Source: Malacoraja senta (taxonomy: Eukaryota). Taken from it: a stretch of DNA of 64,000 nucleotides. A model generated the notes under the pieces. The model saw only the letters and a program-made list of their open reading frames with translations, was not told the DNA's origin and ran no database searches. Below are positions 14,143 through 27,225 of the stretch, one piece after another (the stretch's first letter is position 1; the number at the start of each line of letters is the position of its first letter). The stretch spans positions 6,884,001 through 6,948,000 of the forward strand of contig CM075992.1 of NCBI GenBank assembly GCA_038087875.1, written 5' to 3'. The translations under genes were made by a program, and so were the position numbers.

Positions 14143-15299
14143 TGTAGTTAGACACAAAATGCTGGAGTAACTCAGCGGGGCAGGCAGCATCTCTGGTAAG
14201 AAAGAATGGGTGATGTCTCAGGTCGAGACCCTTCTTCAAACTAAACTCTTCCCCTCACCTTCCAATATTTCCATAGCACGGAGATGAGGAGGTGGGTGTA
14301 GGTCCTTCCCTCCCACCCCAAACACACACTGGCGGGTCTGATCCAGAGATGTTACTTGTTGCCCCCCCCCCTTATCTGCATGTCCTTCCTGGTTCCTGGT
14401 GGTTCCTGGCTGTAGGGTCTGTGCATATCCCGGTTAGCTCATCCTCCTGATCTCAGCAACCCAAGAGCTTTCATGGAGATGCAAGCAACTGCAGATGCTG
14501 GAACCCTGAGCAAAACGCAACGTGCTGGAGAAAGTCAGTGGGTCAGGCAGCATCTGTGGAAGGAATGGACAAGCGAGGCTGAAGAAGGATCTCAACCCAA
14601 AACGTCATCTGTCCATTTCATTCCATGGAAACCTGGGTAGAGTCTCTTGCCCAGAGTAGGGGAATCGAGAATCACAGGACATAGGTCTAAGATGAGAGGG
14701 GGGTGGGGGTAACATTTAATAGGAATCTGAGGGGTAACTTTTTCATACAGAGGGTGGTGGGTGTATGGAATGAGGTGCTGGAGGAGGTAGATGAGGCAGG
14801 GAGTACTGCAAGGTTTAAGAAACGATTAGATATGTACATGGATCAGACATGGATATGGGCCAAACGCAGGCAGGTGGGACTAGAGTAGATGGGACATGTT
14901 GGTCGGAGTGGGCAAGTTGGGCCGAAGGGTCTGTTTCCACATTGTATGACAACAGACAATAGGTGCAGGAGTAGGCCATTCGGCCCTTCGAGCCAGCACC
15001 GCCATTCAATGTGATCACGGCTGATCATCCCCAATCAGTACCCCATTCCTGCCTTCTCGCCATGACTCCACAACTCAATGGGAAGTTGGGTAGATGGAAG
15101 TAGAGGGAGGGAATGTGAAAGCAGGAAGAGGGGAGAGGGGCAAACTGATGATAGAAAGAGTAAAGATAGACACAAAATACTGGAGTAACTCAGCAGGACA
15201 GGCAGTATCGCTGGAGAGAAGGAATGGGTGACGTTTTGGGTCGAGACCCTTCTTTAGTAAGAATGAATCTTGTTTTGCTCAAGATTCCAGCATCTGCAT

Positions 15300-15912
15300 A
15301 AATACGTGGTACTCCACCTGCAACTGCTCGGACAGGAAGGCTCTGCAGAGGGTAGTGAGGGGAGCAGAGAAGATCATTGGTGTCTCCCTACCCTCGGTAC
15401 AAGAACTGTTCCAGAGCCGCTGTCGGAAAAAAGCTCAGAGAATTGCTAAGGACAAACTGCACCCCCTCCACATACACCAGGATCTCCAGCCATCAGGCAA
15501 GAGATATCGCAGCATCAAAGCCCAGACTACAAGACTGCTAAACAGCTTCCTGCCATATGCTGTGAGGCTGCTAAACAGCCACTCTGTACTCACAGTCACC
15601 TGATTCTGTGGCTTGGCACGGACACTTTAATAACTGGCACTGGCCACTTCAATAACTGGCACTGGCCACTCAAATCAGCCACCCCGGACATGTTTATGAT
15701 TGGTTTTACTGTATTTTAACGTTGTTTTTACCTACTTTTTAACTATTTATACTGTTCCATCAGGGACTGGATAGTTGTTAGTGTTATTATGTGTGAAATG
15801 TTTTAAATTTCATGTGCGATGCTCCGGTATTCCCTGGGAAACGTCTTTTCATTTTGCACTGTACAACTGTTGCTTGCAAGAAGACAATAAAGGTTGATTT
15901 GATTTGATTTGC
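15300..15912 (+). mobile_element. Rex1/Babar-type LINE 3' fragment
   Basis: DRKALQRVVRGAEKIIG...PSGKRYRSI...NSFLPYAVRLLN and a (gattt)n tail. Confidence 0.8.
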
Positions 15913-16674
15913 TGTCTCTTGTGTCTCTGTCTAAGAGTCTACAGAGGGAGGATATCGGAGGGTAGTTTAGAGTCTGTGTTACTCCACCCTCCACACTCAG
16001 GCCCTCCCGTCCATCTCAGTGTTGGAACCACAGGTGCTGGGTCCATTGTTTGCCCCTGAGAGAGAGAGAGGGAGTGAGAGAAAGAGAGTCAATGCAATAG
16101 ATAATAGACGATAGACAATAGATAATGGTGCCGGCCGACATGTGTCTGGACAGGAAGGTCTGGCTGGAATTCGCTGACTGGCTGCTGGCGTGAGGAGAGG
16201 CCGTGGACCAGAGGCAAGTCCGAATCCGGACATCTTGAGAAACCAGGCAAGATGGGCAAGCCAACTGAGAATGGTGGAAGGAAGGAAGGGAGGGCAGATG
16301 GAGGTGGAGGGAGGGAATGTGAAAGGAGGAAGGTGAGAGAGGGGGAACGCCGATTTTAAGAATGAATCTGGCCAGTCTGAGGCCTCGATGGGCCGAATGT
16401 CCTTTACAGAGCTGATATACTATCTTCATATAAAAAGCTGATGGTTGGCCGGTGGGTTTTCATGCAGGTTCCGGCAGCAGGATTGCACCCGGAGAGTGCG
16501 TGGCAAGAGCTCGCCCCTTGGTCCCAGTCTGGCCTTCCTGGGCTGGTGTGTTCACAGCGTTCTGGTCCTCCGTGGGTTAACGGTGCAGAGCGCCGCAGTG
16601 GCACGGCAGCGCCAGGCGAGGGAGCCGTCGAGCACATCCCGTGGCCGGGCAGGTCGATGACCCCACAGGTAGCC

Positions 16675-16734
16675 CTACACCTGGGCTTCAGGTGGGCAGG
16701 GGTGAGTCGCAGGCTGGGCGGGGGCGGTAGTGCC
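16675..16734 (-). CDS. KANK2: Probable KANK2 terminal coding exon (GTTAPAQPATHPCPPEAQV*)
   Basis: Acceptor ttaac...gttttgcag, phase 0, short ORF to TAG as in KANK last exons. Followed by non-repetitive UTR-like sequence. Poorly conserved, so uncertain. Confidence 0.55.
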   Translation of the reverse strand, partial: GTTAPAQPATHPCPPEAQV

Positions 16735-17339
16735 CTGCAAAACACGGAGGCGGCATGCACAGTTAATAACATTAATCCGCTGCCTCACAGCGCCAGAGAC
16801 CCAGGTTCGATCCTGACCTCGGGTGCAGTCGGTCTGGAGTTTGCACGTTCTCCACGTGACCGCGTGGGTTTTCTCCGGGTGCTCCGGTTTCCTCCCACAT
16901 CCCCAAAGACGTGCGGGTTTGTAGGTTAATCGGCCCTCTGTAAATTGCCCCTAGTGTGGAGGGAGTGGATGAGAAAGCGGGATATCATCGAACTAGTGCG
17001 TGAATGGGTGATCAATGGTCGGCGTGGAATCAGAGGGCCGGAGGGCTTGTTTCCATTCTGTATATGTAAACTAAACTTAAATATAGTTTTTATAAAATCC
17101 ACTTTTCTGCTTGTTATGCTGCTCAAAAAAAGTATGCATGATAAAAAGTTTTTGCATAGAACTAGTGTGAACAGGTGATCGATGGTCGGCGCGGACTGGG
17201 TGGGCTGAAGGGCCCGTTTCCATGCTGTATCTCTAAACTCAACTAAACTAATCCTATCACCGTCACCATCTCTGTTGCTTCAGATATTCCTGCAAACAGA
17301 AACTTCATCCTCTGGGGAGGAGTGATGGAACAGAGGGGG

Positions 17340-17586
17340 GAGGGTCGGGAGGGAGTGGGGTCTCCCTGTCAGTTTGCTCCTGGGCCTGGCCAAGCTGGCT
17401 AGTCGCAAGTCCAGGCAGCGGGCAGTCGGGGGTTCTGCCCGGGTCGTCTGCACGCGGTGTCCACAGGGACTCTGGAGGCCTTCCGTGAACACTGGTTGCC
17501 GCAGGGGGGGGGGTCTTGATTTTGTTACTACTCTGTATGTGTGTATCATTGTATTAAAACATTTTTGTATTATATCAATAAAAAAG
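17340..17586 (+). mobile_element. Tx1-type LINE 3' end
   Basis: LLLGLAKLA..SRQRAV motif followed by AATAAA and an A tail. Confidence 0.6.
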
Positions 17587-18531
17587 GACTGATGGGACTG
17601 TCTCTGAAACTTGTCCCCTCAACCTGGTGGGGGACTTGAATCCACAAATCCTGACAGGAGAGAAAGAGTCAGCAGCTCTTGGGTGGCAGAGTGGTGCAGC
17701 GGGCGGAGTTGCTGCCTGACAGCGCCAGACACCTGGTTCGATCCTGACTACGGGTGCTGTCTGCACGGATTTTGTACGTTCTATCTGTGACCACGTGGGT
17801 TTTCTCCAGGCGCTCCGGTTTCCTCCTACATTCCAAAGACGTACAGGTTTGTAGGTTAATTGGCTTCAGTAAAAATTGTAAATTGTCCCTGGCGTGTAGG
17901 ATAGTGCTCGTGTACGGGTGATCGCTGGTCGGCGCGGACTCGGTGGGCCTGTTTCCGCGCTGTATCTCTGAAGTAAAAGTCTTAAAAACTCATAGTGCGA
18001 AACGTTGATGGACAACAAGCGTGGGATCCAGAGCGATGGGAGGGAGAGGCTGAGACAGAGAGACAGGGGGAGCTGGAGAAAGGATGTTATGTAACAGATG
18101 GAAAGACAAATTACTAGTTGGGAACACGTACAAATGTTGACTTTTCCGGGGGAGGAAATGAACAGAAAAAGTGGGCTGAGAAGAGTGGTGACTCAAAGCG
18201 GACGCGTTTCAGCACCCTGATACCGTGCATCACTGACAGAGTGAGCGGCAGGTGTCACCACAGCTGCTCCAGCTGCAAATGGGAGGACATTAAGAAACAA
18301 AAATAGATGCAGGAGAGGCATTTGCTGCCTTTCCATCGCTTGGTGGCTGCAGCTGATGGTTTGGGCAGGCGTGGCGAGATACATCCAGGAGGGTGTGGTG
18401 GCATACTTTGGACAGGGGATGGTAAGGTACTTTGGGCAAGGGGTGGACGGGGGTGGTGAGATATTTTGGGGAGAGGATTCAAAGTCTAAAGTCAAAGTCA
18501 ATTTTATTCGTCACAATTACGAATAAAATTG

Positions 18532-21490
18532 AAACATAGAAATAGGTGCAGGAGGAGGCCATTCGGCCCTTCGAGCCAGCACCGCCATTTATTGTGATCA
18601 TGGCTGATCATCCCCAATCAATATCCCGTGCCTGCCTTCTCTCCATATCCCTTGATTCCACTAGCCCCTAGAGCTCTATCTAACTCTCTCTTAAATCCAT
18701 CCAGTGATTTGGCCTCCACTGCCCTCTGTGGCAGGGAATTCCACAAATTCACAACTCTCTGGGTGAAAAAGTTTTTTCTCACCTCAGTCTTAAATGGCCT
18801 CCTAAGACTTTATTCTAAGACTGTGGCCCCTGGTTCTGGACTCGCCCAACATTGGGAACATTTTTCCTGCATCTATGGGTGACTTCAATCTACATATAGA
18901 TTGGGTGAATCAAATTGGCAGGGGTGCTGAGGAAGAGGATTTCTTGGAATGTATGCGGGATAGTTATCTAAACCAACATGTAGAGGAACCAACGAGAGAG
19001 CAGGCTATTCTAGACTGGGTATTGAGTAATGAGGAAGGGTTAGTTAGCAGTCTTGTTGTGCGTGCCCCCTTGGGCAAGAGTGACCATAATATGGTTGAGT
19101 TCTTCATTAGGATGGAGAGTGACATTGTTAATTCAGAAACAATGGTTCTGAACTTAAAGAAAGGTAACTTTGAGGGTATGAGACGTGAATTGGCCAAGAT
19201 TGACTGGCAATTAGTTCTAAAAGGGTTGACGGTGGATATGCAATGGAAGGCATTTAAAGACTGCATGGATGAACTACAAAAATTGTTCATCCCAGTTTGG
19301 CAAAAGAATAAATCAGAGATGGTAGTGCATCCGTGAATAACAAGGGAAATCAGGGATAGTATCAAAGCAAAAGATGATGCGTACAAATTAGCCAGAAAAA
19401 GCAGCATACCAGAGGACTGGGAGAAATTCAGAGACCTGCAGAGGAGGACAAAGGGCTTAATTAGGAAAGGGAAAATAGATTATGAAAGAAAACTGGCAGG
19501 GAACATGAAAACTGACTGCAAATGTTTTTATAGATATGTGAAGAGAAAGAGATTAGTTAAAACAAATGTAGGTCCCTTGCAGTCAGAAACAGGTGAATTG
19601 ATCATGGGGAACAAGGATATGGCGGACCAATTGAATAACTACTTTGGTTCCGTCTTCACTAAGGAAGACATAAATAATCTGCCGGAAATAGCAGGGGACC
19701 ACGGGTCAAAGGAGATGGAGGAACTGAGTGAAATCCAGGTTAGTCGGGAAGTGGTGTTGGGTAAATTGAATGGATTAAAGGCCGATAAATCACCAGGGCC
19801 AGATAGGCTGCATCCCAGAGTACTTAAGGAAGTAGCTCCAGAAATAGTGGATGCATTAGTGATAATTTTTCAAAACTCTTTAGATTCTGGAGTAGTTCCT
19901 GAAGATTGGAGGGTAGCAAACGTAACCCCACTTTTTAAGAAGGGAGGGAGAGAGAAAACGGGGAATTACAGACCAGTTAGTCTAACATCGGTAGTGGGGA
20001 AACTGCTAGAGTCAGTTATTAAAGATGGGATAGCAGCACATTTGGAAAGTGGTGAAATCATTGGACAAAGTCAGCATGGATTTACGAAAGGTAAATCATG
20101 TCTGACGAATCTTATAGAATTTTTCGAGGATATAACTAGTAGAGTGGATAGGGGAGAACCAGTGGATGTGTTGTATCTGGACTTTCAGAAGGCTTTCGAC
20201 AAGGTCCCACATAAGAGATTAGTATACAAACCTAAAGCATACGGTATTGGGGGTTCAGTATTAATGTGGATAGAGAACTGGCTGGCAAACAGGAAGCAAA
20301 GAGTAGGAGTAAACAGGTCCTTTTCACAATGGCAGGCAGTGACTAGTGGGGTACCGCAAGGCTCAGTGCTGGGACCCCAGCTATTTACAATTTATATTAA
20401 TGGCCTGGATGAGGGAATTGAAGGCAACATCTCCAAGTTTGCGGATGACACTAAGCTGGGGGGCAGTGTTAGCTGTGAGGAGGATGCTCGGAGGCTGCAA
20501 GGTGACTTGGATAGGCTGGGTAAGTGGGCAAATGTTTGGCAGATGCAGTATAATGTGGATAAATGTGAGGTTATCCACTTTGGTGGCAAAAACAGGAAAG
20601 CAGACTATTATCTAAATGGTGGCCGATTAGGAAAAGGGGAGATGCAGCGAGACCTGGGTGTCATGGTACACCAGTCATTGAAAGTAGGCATGCAGGTGCA
20701 GCAGGCAGTGAAGAAAGCGAATGGTATCTTAGCTTTCATAGCAAAAGGATTTGAGTATAGGAGCAGGGAGGTTCTACTGCAGTTGTACAGGGTGTTGGTG
20801 AGACCACACCTGGAGTATTGCATACAGTTTTGGTCTCCAAATCTGAGGAAGGACATTATAGCCATAGAGGGAGTGCAGAGAAGGTTCACCAGACTGATTC
20901 CTGGGATGTCAGGACTTTCATATGAAGAAAGACTGGATAGACTCGGCTTATACTCGCTAGAATTTAGGAGATTGAGAGGGGATCTTATAGAAACGTACAA
21001 AATTCTTATGGGGTTGGACAGGCTAGATGCAGGAAGATTGTTCCCGATGTTGGGGAAGTCCAGGACAAGGGGTCACAGCTTAAGGATAAGGGGGAAATCC
21101 TTTAAGACCGAGATGAGGAAAACCTTTTTCACACAGAGAGTGGTGAATCTCTGGAACTCTCTGCTACAGAGGGTAGTTGAGGCCAGTTCATTGGCTATAT
21201 TTAAGAGGGAGTTAGATGTGGCCCTTGTGGCTAAAGGGATCAGGGGGTATGGAGAGAAGGCAGGTACGGGGTATTGAGTTGGATGATCAGCCATGATCAT
21301 ATTGAATGGCGGTGCAGGCTCAAAGGGCCGAAGGGCCTACTCCTGCACCTATTTTCTATGTATCTATGTATCTATGTATCTAGCTGGTCCAGTCGTTTTA
21401 TAACTTTATATGTTTCCATAAGATCCCCCCTCATCCTAAACTCCAGTGAATACAAGCCTAGTCTTTTCAATCTTTCCTCTTATGACAGTC
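18532..21490 (-). mobile_element. Antisense CR1 3' fragment split by the 18875-21380 insertion (parts 18532-18874 and 21381-21490)
   Basis: The sequence cctgcatcta|gctggtccagt is continuous when the insert is removed; compare cctgcatctagcttgtccagt at 30890. Confidence 0.8.
18875..21380 (+). mobile_element. Young 5'-truncated CR1-clade LINE: ORF2 with endonuclease C-terminus and full RT, one in-frame stop at 19334-19336
   Basis: GDFN and SDHN endonuclease motifs; RT motifs YLDFQKAFD, GVPQGSVLGP and KFADD. ORFs 18875..19336 and 19505..21277 share one frame. (TATCTATG)n tail. Confidence 0.96.
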
Positions 21491-22264
21491 CTTTGACTTT
21501 GACTTTTGACTTTGAATAGGATTGTGAGATATGTTTGGCAGGGGGTGATGAGGGTGGGTAAGGGGTGGTGAGTGTTGAGTCAAGGCAGTGACATAGTTTG
21601 TGCAGGGGATGATGAGATATGTTGGCAGGGGGTATCAGGGTTACGGGGAGAAGGCAGGAGAATGGGGTTGAGAGGGAAAGGTAGATCAGCCAGAATTGAA
21701 TGGTGGAGTAGAATGGGCCGAATGGCCCAATTCCTCTCCTATAACCTATGAGCTTATGAGATGGGCACAAGTGTTTAGGGTTGGGCAAGGGTAGTGAGAT
21801 ACTGGGCAGAGGGTGGTGAGGGTTGATAGAGGGTGGTGAGATACATTGGGCAGGTTTAGTTTAGAGAACAGCATGGAAACAGGCTGTTCGGCCCATCGAG
21901 TCCACACCGACCAGTGATCGCCGCACATGAACACTATCCCACACACACACTAGGGACAATTATACATTCACACCAAGCCAATTAATCTACAAACTTGTAC
22001 GTGTTGGAGTGTGGGAGGAAACCGAAGATCTCGGAGAAAACTTGAGATGATCAGCCATGATCACATTGAATGGCGGTTATGGCTCGAAGGGCCGAATGGC
22101 CCTACTCCTGCACCTATTGTCTATTGTCCATTGTCCAAAACCCATGCTGGTCACTGGGAGAACATACAGACTCCGTACAGACAGCACCCGTAGTCGGGAT
22201 CGAACCTGGGTCTCTGACGCTGTGAGGCAGCAACTCTACCGCTACGAGGTGGCGAGATACTTAC

Positions 22265-22370
22265 AGTGGAGGGACTTAAAGCCGCTGCCTGATTCAGATG
22301 TTTGTGGAGCAAGGCAGCGATGGTCTTTCTGTCCGGATTCCACTGCAATGGAGAGGGCAGTGCTCCCGTC
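22265..22370 (-). CDS. KANK2: KANK2 last ankyrin exon (DGSTALSIAVESGQKDIAALLHKHLN...SPST) with a +1 indel at 22322-22323
   Basis: Acceptor gtgcag and donor ACT|GTAAGT; 106 nt against 105 expected. Confidence 0.9.
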
Positions 22371-22765
22371 CTGCACATGGGAAAACGTCAAAGCATCACA
22401 ACATGTGAAAACAGCTTGACCGGAGCAGACGTGGCCCGCAGCGGCACGGAGTGGCGGGGCAGCGGTGGAGGACACCGACAGCATCCCATGGCCACGCCGA
22501 CCCTGCACTCCAACCCAGTGCTGGAGTAACTCAGCGGGTCAGGCAGCATCTCTGGAGAGAAGGAATGGGTCGAGACTTCTTCAGACTCGAAACGTCACCC
22601 ATTCCTTCTCTCCAGAGATGCTGCCTGTCCCGCTGAGTTACTCCAGCATTTTGTGTCTATCGATGACAATGACTCTTGCCCAGTGGGTGCTGATCAGATG
22701 GGGGGAGGGGGTCACCACCCATGGGTGCCGTGTTGGGCAGTAGCCTCACTCACTCACTCACTCAC

Positions 22766-22965
22766 ATTGTCTGCCAGTGTTACGTTGCAGGCCGGCGTGG
22801 CGAGCAGGAGCGCGACGATCTCGGCGTGTCCGTGTTCACAGCACACATCAGTGCCGTCGAGCCGTCATCGTCTTGGACCCTGGCATCCGCCCCGCACGCC
22901 AGCCAGGGCCTTCACATCTCCGTGCGGCCGTGGCTGACCGCCAACATCAGTGCCGTCTGACCCGC
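22766..22965 (-). CDS. KANK2: KANK2 ankyrin exon (AGQTALMLAVSHGR...QDDDGSTALMCACEHGH...LADN) with three 1-nt indels
   Basis: Acceptor gggcag and donor AAT|GTGAGT. Conserved text is recovered only with -1 (~22915), +1 (~22903) and -1 (~22841) corrections; 200 nt against 201 expected. Confidence 0.9.
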
Positions 22966-22997
22966 CTGCCCGAGGGGAGAGAAGCACCAGAACGTTA

Positions 22998-23143
22998 AAC
23001 CCGACACCGCACGGTCAGTGGGTATGGAGACCGTACAACATCTCACTGCCTCCCACCAACACCGCTCAACCCGACACCGCACGGTCAGTGGGTATGGAGA
23101 CCGTACAACATCTCACTGCCTCCCACCAACACCGCTCAACCCG
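22998..23143. repeat. Perfect 70-bp tandem duplication
   Basis: Two identical units, aacccgacaccgcacgg...caccgctc. Confidence 0.95.
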
Positions 23144-23167
23144 TTACTGCCTGGGCAGTGGCACGGA

Positions 23168-23555
23168 GACTGAAACATATAAGATTGTTAAGGGCTTGGA
23201 CATGCTAGAGGCAGGAAACATGTTCCCGATGTTGGGGGAGTCCAGAACCAGGGGCCACAGTTTAAGAATAAGGAGTAAGCCATTTAGAACGGAGACGAGG
23301 AAACACTTTTTCTCACAGAGAGTGGTGAGTCTTGTGGAATCCTCTGCCTCAGAGGGTGGTGGAGGCAGGTTCTCTGGATGCTTTCAAGAGAGAGCTAGAT
23401 GGGCTCTTAAAAATAGCAGAGTCAGGGGAGATGTAGAGAAGGCAGGAACGGGGTACTGATTGGGGATGATCAGCCATGATCCACATTGAATGGCGGTGCT
23501 GGCTCAAAGGCCAAATGTCCTACTCCTGCACTTATTGTCTATTGTCTATTGTCTT
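23168..23555 (+). mobile_element. CR1 LINE 3' fragment
   Basis: ETYKIVKGLD...FFSQRVV and a (ctattgt)n tail. Confidence 0.85.
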
Positions 23556-24617
23556 TTGATTGTACAACCCGTATTACGGAGATGTTGCCAGGATTGGAGG
23601 GTCTGAGCTGTCGGGAGAGGTTGATGAGGCTGGGACTCTATCCCTTGCAGCGCAGGAAGATGAGGGGTGATCTTATAGAGGTGTATAAAATCATGAGAGG
23701 AAGAGATTGGGTCTAGACAGAGTCTCCTGCCCAGAGTAGGTGAACCCACCAACACTGTTCCCCCACCACTGGACGGGCAGTGGGCATGGAGATTGTACAG
23801 CGCGGCATTGCCTCCCACAGACACCATTAACTCCATCACTGGCTTGGCCAAGCTGGCCATCCGCCGGTCCTGGCGCCAGGAGGAAGAGGCCTCTTATTAC
23901 ACCTTATCTTGTTCTAAATGTTGTACCCGTTATCCTTTCTCTGTGGACTGGACTATTGTAATGTATAGCCTTGTCCACAACTGATTAGAATAAAGGTAGA
24001 AACAATGAACCGCAGGTGCTGGTTAATACACATAAGGACAGAAAGTGCTGGAGTAACTCAGCTGGTCAGGCAGCATCTCTGAAAAAAACATCTCTGGAGA
24101 ACCAATGACATACTTTTAGAAAAGATATGAGAAGGAATTTCTTTAGTCAGAGGGAGGTGAATTTGTGGAATTCATTGCCTCAGATGGCTGTGGAGGTCAA
24201 GTCAATGGGTATTTTTAAGGCAGAGATTAGCAGATACTTAATTGGTAAGGGTGTCAAGGGTGATGGGGAGAAGGGAGGAGAAGGGAAAGATAGATCAGCC
24301 ATAATTGAATGGAGTAGAATGGGCTGAATGGACTCGATGGGCCGAATGGTATAATTCTGCTCCTAGAACTTATGATTTATTCACCTCTGATAAGAAGAAA
24401 ATAAAGAAAAGAAAAGAAGAAGAAAAGAAGGCTCTCCTCCCGGCCCAAAATGTCACCTATCCATGTTCTTCAGGGATGCTGCCTTACCCGCTGAGTTACT
24501 CCAGCACTTTGTGTCCTTGTGAGCAGAGTAAGGGTTTGCGAAGTGCTGGGCCGGAGACTGACCGCTGGGCGGTGGGGAGGACAGGCGTGGGTGGGCTCGG
24601 CTGGCACTGGGACCCAC

Positions 24618-24760
24618 CTGGCTGGCCTTGGCGTTGACGTTACCCTGGCGGAAGAGTTGCATGACGGTCTGCATGTCGCTGTTGGTCTGCAGGGCAGCGA
24701 GCGATGCCAACATGATGGCGGTGTAACCCGCTTTGTTCTGCTTGTCCAGGTTGCAGGCGC
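24618..24760 (-). CDS. KANK2: KANK2 ankyrin exon ([21 protein letters not shown]...GNVNAKASQ)
   Basis: Conserved QNKAGYT.IML and NAKASQ; 143 nt, phase 1 to 0. Confidence 0.95.
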
Positions 24761-26139
24761 CTGGGGATGGAGAGCGGGCACAGGTTAGCGGGCACAATGC
24801 GCCACCCACCATCAGCACAACATGCTTCAACACGTCACCACCTACATACAAACCCGCGCACCTTTGGGATGTGGGCGGAAACCGGAGCACCCGTAGAAAA
24901 CCCACGCGCTCACAGGGAAAACGTGCAAACTGCACGAAGACAGCAGCAGAGGTCATGATCGAACCCTGGTCTCTGGCGCTCTGAGCCAGTCACTACTTCG
25001 GGGAGGCATGGTGGCGCAGCGGTAGAGTTGCTGCCTTACAGCGCCAGAGACCCGGGTTCAATCCCGATTACGGGTGCTGTTTGTGTGTGGAGTTTGTGCG
25101 TTCTCCTTGTGGCCTCGTGGGTTTCCTCCGGGTGTTCCGGTTTCCCCCAACATCATAAAGAGGTGTGGGTTAGTAGGTTGATAGGCCTCTATAAATTGTT
25201 GCCTAGTGTGTAGGGAGTGGATGAGAAATTGGGATAACATAGAACTAGTGTGAACGGGTGATCGATGGTCGGCATGTTCGGGGGGGGGGGGTGAAGGGCC
25301 TGTTTCCATGCTGTATCTCTAAACAAAAATTAAACTGCACTGAATGTTGCAATATTATCTGCCTCCATCAACTCCTCTGGCAGCTCGCACTGCACATCCA
25401 TCAACCATCTTACCCATCAGATAGGCTTTAATATTTTCATTAAAAATTAGCTTGTCCACATTTTACCCAAAACAGATACAATATAATGAAATCTTAGAGG
25501 TCATCGTCTCACAAGTCCAGAGACCCGGGTTCGATCCTGTCCTCGGGTGCTGTCTGTTTGGAGTTTGCACATTCTCCCTGTGAATGTGGGGGTTTCCTCC
25601 GGGTGCTCAGGTTTCCCACCCCATTCAGAAGACGTGCGGGTTTGGAATCTTCCTTTCTAAATTGCCCCTGATAGTGGAATCTTTAGGAAGATGATGGGTT
25701 TGTTACGAAAGTAAAACGTGTTTAGTGTGCGATTAGGTCAAATATGTATGTTCAATGGCTGAGCTAGTCTTGGTGGGCTGAAGTTCTGGTTTCCATGTAG
25801 TACGGCTCTATAATTTTGGTAAACCTTGAGATTTATTCCAGTTTATCACCAAGTTGGAGTCAGTTGCCTTACTGTATGGCGGGCGGCTGAGAACGGTCGA
25901 GGACATGCCACCGAGAACAAAGAGGGACCTGGAGTGGGGGTGGAGGACGCCGAGAGAATAAAGAGGAACCTGGCATGCGGGTCCACCAAGACAACAAAGA
26001 GGAACCATCGGGACTATATTGAATATTTTTGTAACTTTGTCGGCACCCTTTACATGGCGACTCTTTGCATACTTTGTGTATTGTATGCAAAACAAAGAAT
26101 TTTCACTGTCAAATACATACGACAATAAAACATCGTGCT

Positions 26140-26665
<526 letters not shown>

Positions 26666-26747
26666 TTGCTAAAGGCCGACTCCCACCCTTCCCTCGCTCC
26701 CAATGGAGGGGAACGGTGGAGAAGCAACAGGGAGGTGAGGGGTGTAC

Positions 26748-26967
26748 CTGTGTCCAGCAGGAGCTTGACAATGGGAAAGTTGGAGTGTGAGACGGTGTAG
26801 TGGAGTGTGGTGTTCCCGTTGCCGTCGGCCATGTTGACGATCAGCTCCAGGAGTTTTGGGGACATCGCCTTGAACACGGCCAGGTATCGCCGCACCATCT
26901 CCCCATCTGCTGCCTTGGGGCTGGACACCAGCAGCCACTCCTGCTGCACCGTGAGGTAGCTCACCCT
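26748..26967 (-). CDS. KANK2: KANK2 exon, ankyrin region start (RVSYLTVQQEW...NMADGNGNTTLHYTVSHSNFPIVKLLLDT)
   Basis: Highly conserved KANK sequence; 220 nt, phase 0 to 1; canonical AG/GT. Confidence 0.95.
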
Positions 26968-27187
26968 CTGTTCGGACATTGGAGGGTGAAGACTTCATTA
27001 GAAACATTACAGCGTAACAGCTCCACCCCACCCCATACAGTCTCCCCCCCCTTCAGCAGGTCCAAACCCACCTCGCCACAATTAGCAGAGACCCCAGCCA
27101 GCAATTTGCACACAACACACTACACACCCTCGCCGAGCTCTCCCCTGTAAATCCATAACCAACTGGCCTAGACTACTACAGCTACTC

Positions 27188-27225
27188 CAGTCTGAAGAAG
27201 GGTCTCGACCCGAAACGTCACCCAT
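27188..27225 (+). ncRNA. Minimal type I hammerhead ribozyme-like motif (representative copy of the Penelope terminal repeat)
   Basis: CTGAAGA, then stem II GGGTC-TC-GACCC, then GAAAC and a GTC triplet with palindromic ACGT. Stem I is weak. Confidence 0.55.

Noticed and set aside
18255..18272. Alternative last exon LEQLW* after cccatttgcag (and EYLKQQRW* near 17287)
   Set aside because: The acceptors are plausible but nothing else supports them. 16675-16734 fits a KANK terminal exon better, though these are not excluded.
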